Part shown: positions 9,377 to 15,884 of the stretch, in pieces
Layout of the letters: each line of letters starts with the position of its first letter
Position numbering within the stretch: position 1 is the first letter of the stretch
Source: Ginkgo biloba
Taxonomy: Eukaryota > Plantae > Ginkgophyta
NCBI GenBank assembly: GCA_024626585.2
Contig: JANKJI020000001.1
Span: 13,192,027 to 13,207,910, forward strand
DNA length: 15,884 nt
Reading direction: 5' to 3'
Notes under the pieces: model-generated
The model's database searches: none
Seen by the model: only the letters and a program-made list of their open reading frames with translations
Told to the model about the DNA's origin: nothing
Made by a program: the position numbers and the translations under genes

Positions 9377-10316
9377 NNNNNNNNNNNNNNNNNNNNNNNN
9401 NNNNNNNNNNNNNNNNNNNNNNNNNNNNNNNNNNNNNNNNNNNNNNNNNNNNNNNNNNNNNNNNNNNNNNNNNNNNTCTCATCCAATTTTGTATACTCTC
9501 TTCATATTAACTAACAATGGAAGCATACCTATTTTTATTAAGCATACATTTAATTAGACTTAAGCAAAAGAGTACATGTACAAGCCAATACAAAAGATAT
9601 TTTTGATCCAATAAGAATATCACATAGCTCATGCTCCTTCGCTAAGAGCCTAGTCTGAATATGAAATGGTAAAAGCAACTTTTAACATGCAAAAATGCAT
9701 TCTTGGGATTGCAATCAGTCAGCAAAATCATCAATCAATTTGGCGAGTGCATGGAGATCATTCGTCAGCTCACATAATAGATGCAGACTCATCTTTTGGC
9801 ATTGCCGTCTTTAGGACTAAAGTGTGCTGGTTCTTCAAAATCATCACGACTGCCTCCTGGGGACTAAAGCGCATCGGTTCTACAACACTGCTGCAAACTT
9901 GTCCATGATGCATGGCTTTTTAGGAAACACACGACAATTGTGCACAATGACCACTTAGCTTCACATTGACATATGGAACAACACATTAAGCATGCCAGCT
10001 ATGTTGGAGATTGCCAAATTAGGGCTGATCTTTGCCTATAAACATAGACCTCACAATGTTATTCTCATTGAAAATCAACGAGGCATAGAGGAGGTTACTG
10101 CCATCATTGTCCAAATTCCTTCATCATATACAATAGGGACATTATTGAAGCCAATAGGAACTAGGAACTAGTTATACCCAACTACAACTTTTGGGAATTT
10201 CTCATTCCTATTCACCCATCCATCCTCCCTCCAGCTCTCTACAGGCTAGATTCATTAGTGTTAAGAATGTGATCGGGCAGTTCTGCTATGGAGCTGAATA
10301 AAATCTACTCTCAAAC

Positions 10317-10733
10317 ATGTTCACGCCCAAGAAACCTATGTGGTCCCCCAAGAGGGCGACAGTTTGCACAAAATATTCCTACAACACTCTTTGGAGTAGG
10401 ATATAGATCCTAGAAAATTTGGTACATGAGCTTGCATTAAACTCACAAAAGGTTCTTGCTGCACTCAGTGGCATGCAAAGCACCACAAAAATGGCTTTGG
10501 CCGAGTATAGGAAGGAGGTATTCAGCTGCAAGGAAGAGGTTAGCTTGATCTGAACTAAATTATAACAGGAATTGGCATATTGGAAAGGAAAATTTCATGA
10601 TGAATTCAAGGGAGCTCATGAAGACTTCTGGAAAGAACAACAGGAACTAGGCTCTACACTTGAATCTGTTGTTGCTGCTCAAGCAAATTCAGATAGAAGT
10701 AGTGGAATGTCAATCCCAAAATTAAATATTTGA
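10317..10733 (+). pseudogene. Decayed ORF with coiled-coil-like composition (139 codons, 3 internal stops)
   Basis: MFTPKKP...ILENLVHELALNSQKVLAALSGMQSTTKMALAEYRKEVFSCKEEVSLI*TKL*QELAYWKGKFHDEF...EQQELGSTLESVVAAQ in one frame. It abuts the gypsy RT fragment. Confidence 0.45.
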
Positions 10734-10766
10734 TATGGTATGAAGTATAAAAGTTGAATAAGGGAA

Positions 10767-11516
10767 GTGTTATTTGGACTAATCAATGTGATCACCAAAT
10801 TATAGAGGGTGATGGATTTTTCCTTCAAAGAATTGATCAAAAAATTAGTATTCATCTATTTGGATGACCTTGCTATATTTTTAAAAAACTAAGAAGACCA
10901 TGTGATGCATTTCAAATAGGTTTTTCAAAGGTGTAGGGAATGGGTATCCCTTTAAACCCAAAGAAATTAGTACTCAAGGTGATAAAAGGAAAATTGTTGG
11001 GACACAATATCTAAAGAAGGATCTTACATTAATCCAGATAGGGTTAGGTCCATCAAGGAGCTCCCTCTACCATTGAGAAAGAAAGGAGTGTAGTATTTCT
11101 TTGAAAAAAATAATTTCTTAAGGAGGTTTATTCTAAATTTCACCTGAGTTACCTTACCAATCAATAAGTTGCTCAGAAAGGATGCATAGTTCAAATGGAG
11201 GCTAAGGAGGCTTTAAGCAAAACTAAGGAATGGATTACCAAAGCACCAGTCCTATTTGGACCCAATTTCAATAAATACTTTCTTATTTACTTATATGCCT
11301 CAGAGGAAGCATATGTTATAATTATCATGTAGAAGGATGATGAAGGCCATGAGAAGTTGATTGCATTCTTGAGTCAATCATTGAAATACTATCAACTACA
11401 ATATACTCCTATGGAGAAGAAAGAATTTTCCCTAGTCAAGGACTGATCCATTTCGGATCCTAAAAGTCATGATTTCTATCTATTTTTCATGAAGTCCCAA
11501 ATTGCGGTTGAGATTT
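10767..11516 (+). mobile_element. Decayed Ty3/gypsy LTR-retrotransposon pol fragment (RT C-half plus RNase H start)
   Basis: Manual translation gives VLFGLINV...*RVM (MPFGLxNA...QRxM-like), IYLDDL (YLDD at 10857-10868), NPKK, GKLLGH, INFLRRFI, LLRKD.FKW, KAPVL, FLIYLYASE, IAFLSQSL and QYTPMEK. Many stops and frameshifts; truncated by a gap. Confidence 0.92.
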
Positions 11517-11994
11517 NNNNNNNNNNNNNNNNNNNNNNNNNNNNNNNNNNNNNNNNNNNNNNNNNNNNNNNNNNNNNNNNNNNNNNNNNNNNNNNNNNNN
11601 NNNNNNNNNNNNNNNNTACTCCACACAGCCGGCACCTCGATTCGTACCTCATGCCTCTAACATCACTGCTGTCAACGGACCAAGCACTGCCAACTTGTTC
11701 TCCCACAAGCATGAACAATATGGTTGATCACTCTTCTTGATCATCCCCGCTATTACCCAATTAAGTGATTCCACTATGACTACCATACGTAGCCTCATGC
11801 AACCCATGATAACATTAGGGGATTTAATAGCAACAACTATAGTAGANNNNNNNNNNNNNNNNNNNNNNNNNNNNNTAGAACTAACTATGGACCTTGTTAT
11901 ACACTCAACATCATCTCTAGATGCTACCACTTCAACACTCATCATTGCATCCAATTCATCTTGTTTTCGAGCAAGATGCTTGTGCTTTGTCGTT

Positions 11995-12301
11995 AGTGGG
12001 GAGAGATGTTGATAGGACTTGCATATTTAGGACTTACACATGCCAGACTTGCAAATGTGGAATGTCAGTAATTGGGCAGTTACCANNNNNNNNNNNNNNN
12101 GTATGTAACCAAAAGTGAAAGGGTACCTTTGCATTATATAAAGACCCTTCCTATGATGTATGTATTGAACTGGACTATTTGGAATTGATACTACGATGGT
12201 TGTTGCATTAATACAATTCATGTTCCACAATTAACTATCTTCTTTGTTCTTGATTTCCATGTTACTAGTTTGTACCCAATTCATTGGAATAAGGTTTAAC
12301 A
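11995..12301 (+). mobile_element. Probable polypurine tract plus short 3' LTR of an LTR retrotransposon
   Basis: AGTGGGGAGAGA (11995-12006) is immediately followed by TGTTG (12007). There is an internal TATATAAAG near 12135 and a candidate end ...TTTAACA at 12301, giving TGTT...AACA termini. No partner LTR was seen. Confidence 0.5.
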
Positions 12302-12554
12302 TGCTCCACTCCTAAGAGGCTTGCTTCACTTTTCTAGAGTTTCTTGAGGCTTCTAAGGATGCAACAGAGCTAGTTCCATGTGTCCAAGTGTGACACCCTA
12401 TTAGGAAATATACTGTCTTCCTTTTATGAGCCCAAAATCATTGTTATGATATGTTCTTTAGTCCCAAAGTAGTAGCATTGGAATCTAATCTAATTATAAA
12501 GGAAGTTGAAAAGTTGCCAAGACAAAGGTTGGCCTTTGATATATAACAAATTAG

Positions 12555-12736
12555 CATAGTAACCGAGTTCTCACAACCACCCACATGGGTTCTTGAACCG
12601 GGTACTCGAATTGGGTTCCCGAACTGGGTATGCAAACCTAGTTTGGGTCCTTGGGGTTGTGTTTGGGGTCGAACCATTGTTATAGACCTAGAAATTATGG
12701 GATTAAAAAAAAAAAAATTGTTGCGCCGACACCCGC
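12555..12736. mobile_element. Probable DNA-transposon (hAT-like) terminus with subterminal repeats
   Basis: Begins CATAGT, followed by clustered degenerate motifs AACCGAGT, GAACCGGGT, GAATTGGGT, GAACTGGGT, GTTTGGGT and then an A-tract. This resembles hAT subterminal transposase-binding arrays. The other end is lost in the gap. Confidence 0.45.
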
Positions 12737-13282
12737 NNNNNNNNNNNNNNNNNNNNNNNNNNNNNNNNNNNNNNNNNNNNNNNNNNNNNNNNNNNNNNNN
12801 NNNNNNNNNNNNNNNNNNNNNNNNNNNNNNNNNNNNNNNNNNNNNNNNNNNNNNNNNNNNNNNNNNNNNNNNNNNNNNNNNNNNNNNNNNNNNNNNNNNN
12901 NNNNNNNNNNNNNNNNNNNNNNNNNNNNNNNNNNNNNNNNNNNNNNNNNNNNNNNNNNNNNNNNNNNNNNNNNNNNNNNNNNNNNNNNNNNNNNNNNNNN
13001 NNNNNNNNNNNNNNNNNNNNNNNNNNNNNNNNNNNNNNNNNNNNNNNNNNNNNNNNNNNNNNNNNNNNNNNNNNNNNNNNNNNNNNNNNNNNNNNNNNNN
13101 NNNNNNNNNNNNNNNNNNNNNNNNNNNNNNNNNNNNNNNNNNNNNNNNNNNNNNNNNNNNNNNNNNNNNNNNNNNNNNNNNNNNNNNNNNNNNNNNNNNN
13201 NNNNNNNNNNNNNNNNNNNNNNNNNNNNNNNNNNNNNNNNNNNNNNNNNNNNNNNNNNNNNNNNNNNNNNNNNNNNNNNNNN
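12737..13282. other. Largest assembly gap (others: 7836-7935, 9377-9476, 11517-11616, 11847-11875, 12086-12100, 14574-14673)
   Basis: Runs of N. Four are exactly 100 nt, so they are probably placeholders of unknown true length. Confidence 1.
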
Positions 13283-14573
13283 GTGCAAAGTATTACATAT
13301 GATGATGATGACTCCGTTGTTCTTATGTCTTCTAGGGTTTGGGTTTTATTTTGAAGGTTTTGAGAATGTGAGGAAGATAGTGAAGAAAATTTTCATATTT
13401 CATCCAAATATAATGAAGTGCTCTTTTGCTATTCCTATGTTTTTTTATTCATTATGTGAGTTTAGTTTACAAATATCACACCATTTCCTAGTTCTAGAAG
13501 AAGATGCATCATTTTGTCCATGTTGCATAGGAGAGTTATTAGCATCTCTATTGTCCACGTTACCCCTATTGTTACAATTACACTTTCTCAAACCCCTGGT
13601 ATTGTTTCCCTAAGATTGTTGTTTGCTACCATAGAGGAATTGTTTCCATTCTTAAAACTCCTATTATCTTCATGATCTTAAGTAGTGTTGTTGCTTTGAG
13701 GGCTAAAGGTTGTTTATTCGTTGTTATTGGGTATAAAGGGTTAGTATGAAGGGTGTGTCTATCCCAAAATGAGCTTGAGGGTTGGAGGGATGTGGATTCC
13801 TCTCATTGCTCTCTAAGTGGTGTGTTGGAATGCATTTGGCATGCACATCCCTAAGAGCTTGTATAGCAGGAGGGATGGTTGTTTGGGGATTCAAATATTT
13901 ACTTTTCTACATGGTATCAGAGCGGCGAAGAGTTTGTGGGCAATTGTAAAGGTCAAGTGGATGTTGGGCAACCTCAATGGAGTGTTGAAATGGGACAGAG
14001 AAGTTGTGAAGAAGTAGAATGAGTCACAGACAATGAAAAATGACTTGCTAACTTCTAACATCGATTGGGCTTTGTTTCTTGCCCGATTTCGAATCTGTAA
14101 GAGATCAGAGTGTAGCAGAGAACAGGGTGACCCATCTGCAAAAATAATTTTTGGATTTCATTGAGAATTGAGGGAGAATGACCTCCTAGATTCTCGCCAA
14201 AGCCGCCATGCCACCTCTCGTCGCGTAGCAAGTTCAATCAGAATTATTTTATTTTATTTTTATTTTTTGTAAAGTTAGCATTAAATTTAAGTCGATTGGA
14301 TAATATTTGAAGTCTAGAATATTCCATAAAATATTCTCTTTGACTGTTTGACCTTGATCGAGTTGACCGATGAGAGAAAGTGAAGGAAAAGGGTACTAAA
14401 TTTCAAACTACAATAACTTTTGCATACGATGCCTATTTTGCGAACCATTCAAACTATTGGAAAGCTTATTCAAAGAGCTTTCATTTGACAATAATTTTGA
14501 AGGATTGTGACAACTAATGGAATCATGATAACTAAATTTGATGGACTAAACTATATTATTTGGAGTAAGAGGA
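13283..14573 (+). mobile_element. 5' LTR (3' part), primer-binding site and 5' leader of an LTR retrotransposon
   Basis: LTR-type end ...TTTCTACA (CA at 13910-13911) is directly followed by TGGTATCAGAGC, with a TATA-like GTATAAAG near 13731. Both sides are bounded by gaps. The superfamily cannot be determined. Confidence 0.8.
13912..13923 (+). promoter_or_regulatory. Primer-binding site complementary to the initiator tRNA-Met 3' end
   Basis: Exact TGGTATCAGAGC, the canonical plant iMet PBS, immediately after CA. Confidence 0.9.
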
Positions 14574-14701
14574 NNNNNNNNNNNNNNNNNNNNNNNNNNN
14601 NNNNNNNNNNNNNNNNNNNNNNNNNNNNNNNNNNNNNNNNNNNNNNNNNNNNNNNNNNNNNNNNNNNNNNNNNTTGGCTAATCCCTAAAAGTGAAGTGGA
14701 G

Positions 14702-15122
14702 TCATGATGCAGAATTTGCAAGAGTATTAAAGATCATGAACTTAGTCTTAGTAAGTTTCCCCTCCAAGCATTTGCAATCGCAAAATGCAGCCACAACATC
14801 TAGTTGTTTCTTGAGCCCCTCCAAAGTAGATGAAAGAAGGATAACATCATCTACAAAAGAAAGGATAGGAATCAAAACACCATGTAACATCCACCTATGT
14901 AGCCTCTTGAATAAACTACTTAAGCTCATCAATGAATAGACCAAATAGTGTAGGTGACAGAGGACATCCCTATTTGTCCCCAATAGTGCTTGGGATATCC
15001 TTGGCAAATCCATTGGTAGTGCGAACTCTTTGCAATACCTACTCATACAAGATAGTAGTTGCTACAATGGAAGCCATTTGAATGCTTATGAAGTCTCTTG
15101 GAACTCTATTAAAGGGTTTTCG
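14702..15122 (-). mobile_element. Decayed non-LTR retrotransposon RT fragment, RTE/RTEX-like rather than L1
   Basis: Minus strand gives RKPFNRVPRD (KAFDxVPR-like), LYE*VLQRVRT and STIGDK*GCPLSPTLFGLFIDEL. After a frameshift it continues ILSFVDDVILLSSTLEGLKKQLD...FC...KTKFMIF. The RT identity is clear; the clade call comes from motif style. Confidence 0.85.
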
Positions 15123-15630
15123 ACTAAGTTATTATGAAATGCCCCAAGGGCTCTTGGTTGTGTACTTGATACATCCCAGGAGTAGGTATGACTAGGAAAC
15201 ATTTCTTGATTGTACCTTGATCAAGTATGGTTGTAGTCGATTTTTAGACCATTTCTTGGGAGGAAGTAGTCATTCCCCGCTTTTAAAAAAAAAGGAAAAG
15301 AAGAAGATTTTAAAAACACAAAAAGAGACCCTAGACTACCTCTTCAAGTATAAAGAGACCGTTTTGGCCATTCTAAACTCATCCTCTTGTGAGTTTTTCA
15401 CTGTAGTGTTTTCTCTTGAGTTCTTGTTTGCAGATTTTCAGTTGTGGGCAACGTTATACAGTATTCTTCAACAAGTTTTTGGTATGGGAAGCATAAAAAA
15501 AGTGTGGGCAACCAAGTAGAAGTTAAGATAGCAAGGAGAATTTTGTTTGTGGGCTGATTTTTGTGGACAACAAGCTTCTTCCTCTTCTTTCTTTCTTCCT
15601 CATTCTTTTCTTTCCTGCAACTTGCAAGTA

Positions 15631-15866
15631 ATGGAAACCTTAGAAACTTCAGTTGGAGTTGGTCAAAGAGAAGGAGATGGAAAAGGCAAAGGCGATGGTG
15701 ATGATGGAAAGGGCCTACTTTGGAAGTATGTGACTGTTTTTTCAAGGACACAGAGAGGGGGTTGCAAGAGATGGTAGTGCAATGAGTGTGGAAAATCATA
15801 TAGTGGTTCCTACTCTAGGATGAAGCCCATCTATTGCACATCACCAAATTAGGTGTGAAACAATGA
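15631..15866 (+). mobile_element. Decayed hAT-family transposase N-terminus (BED zinc finger)
   Basis: MET...GLLWKYV...GGCKRW*CNECGKSYSGSYSRMK, then after a frameshift HLLHITKLGVKQ. This is the W...CxxC...H pattern typical of BED fingers in plant DUF659-type hAT transposases. Confidence 0.8.
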
Positions 15867-15884
15867 TGCCATGTGCACATCCTT

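Noticed and set aside
9764-9775. CTGACGA on the minus strand as a hammerhead ribozyme core
   Set aside because: No downstream stem plus GAAA arrangement.
9666-9908. 80-aa ORF and a weak ~48-bp duplication (GGACTAAAG...GGTTCT)
   Set aside because: No recognisable domain or splice context, and only two degenerate copies.
12643-13613. Long ORFs of 197-320 aa (and others containing X runs)
   Set aside because: Artefacts of translating through N gaps.

Overview
Eukaryotic, repeat-rich, gapped plant genomic DNA. A non-flowering land plant such as a gymnosperm is likely, but that is inferred only from the TE repertoire and intron size. The one clear host gene is MND1 (meiotic Hop2-Mnd1 complex) on the minus strand. 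Its last three coding exons (5090-5046, 4896-4817, 4647-4612) splice via GT-AG introns into ...NATEVAHAAANRWTDNIFALQHWCSSNFPEAKERLEHLYKEVGITDSLDYLE*. No upstream MND1 exon is visible, so everything from 5091 to the window end (at least 10.8 kb) appears to be one intron filled with decayed TEs. These are a 5'-truncated L1 LINE with an RNase H domain, a Ty3/gypsy RT-RNase H fragment, LTR ends with a PPT and an iMet PBS, an RTE/RTEX-like LINE RT fragment, and hAT pieces. The same stretch holds two decayed ORFs I cannot identify. Left of the gene lie an LTR-element-like non-coding region with an 87-bp tandem repeat and an isolated GC-rich hairpin. There are seven N gaps. I see no convincing novel intact system; the best leads are the unidentified TATA-driven decayed ORF, the hairpin and possible regulatory splicing of MND1.
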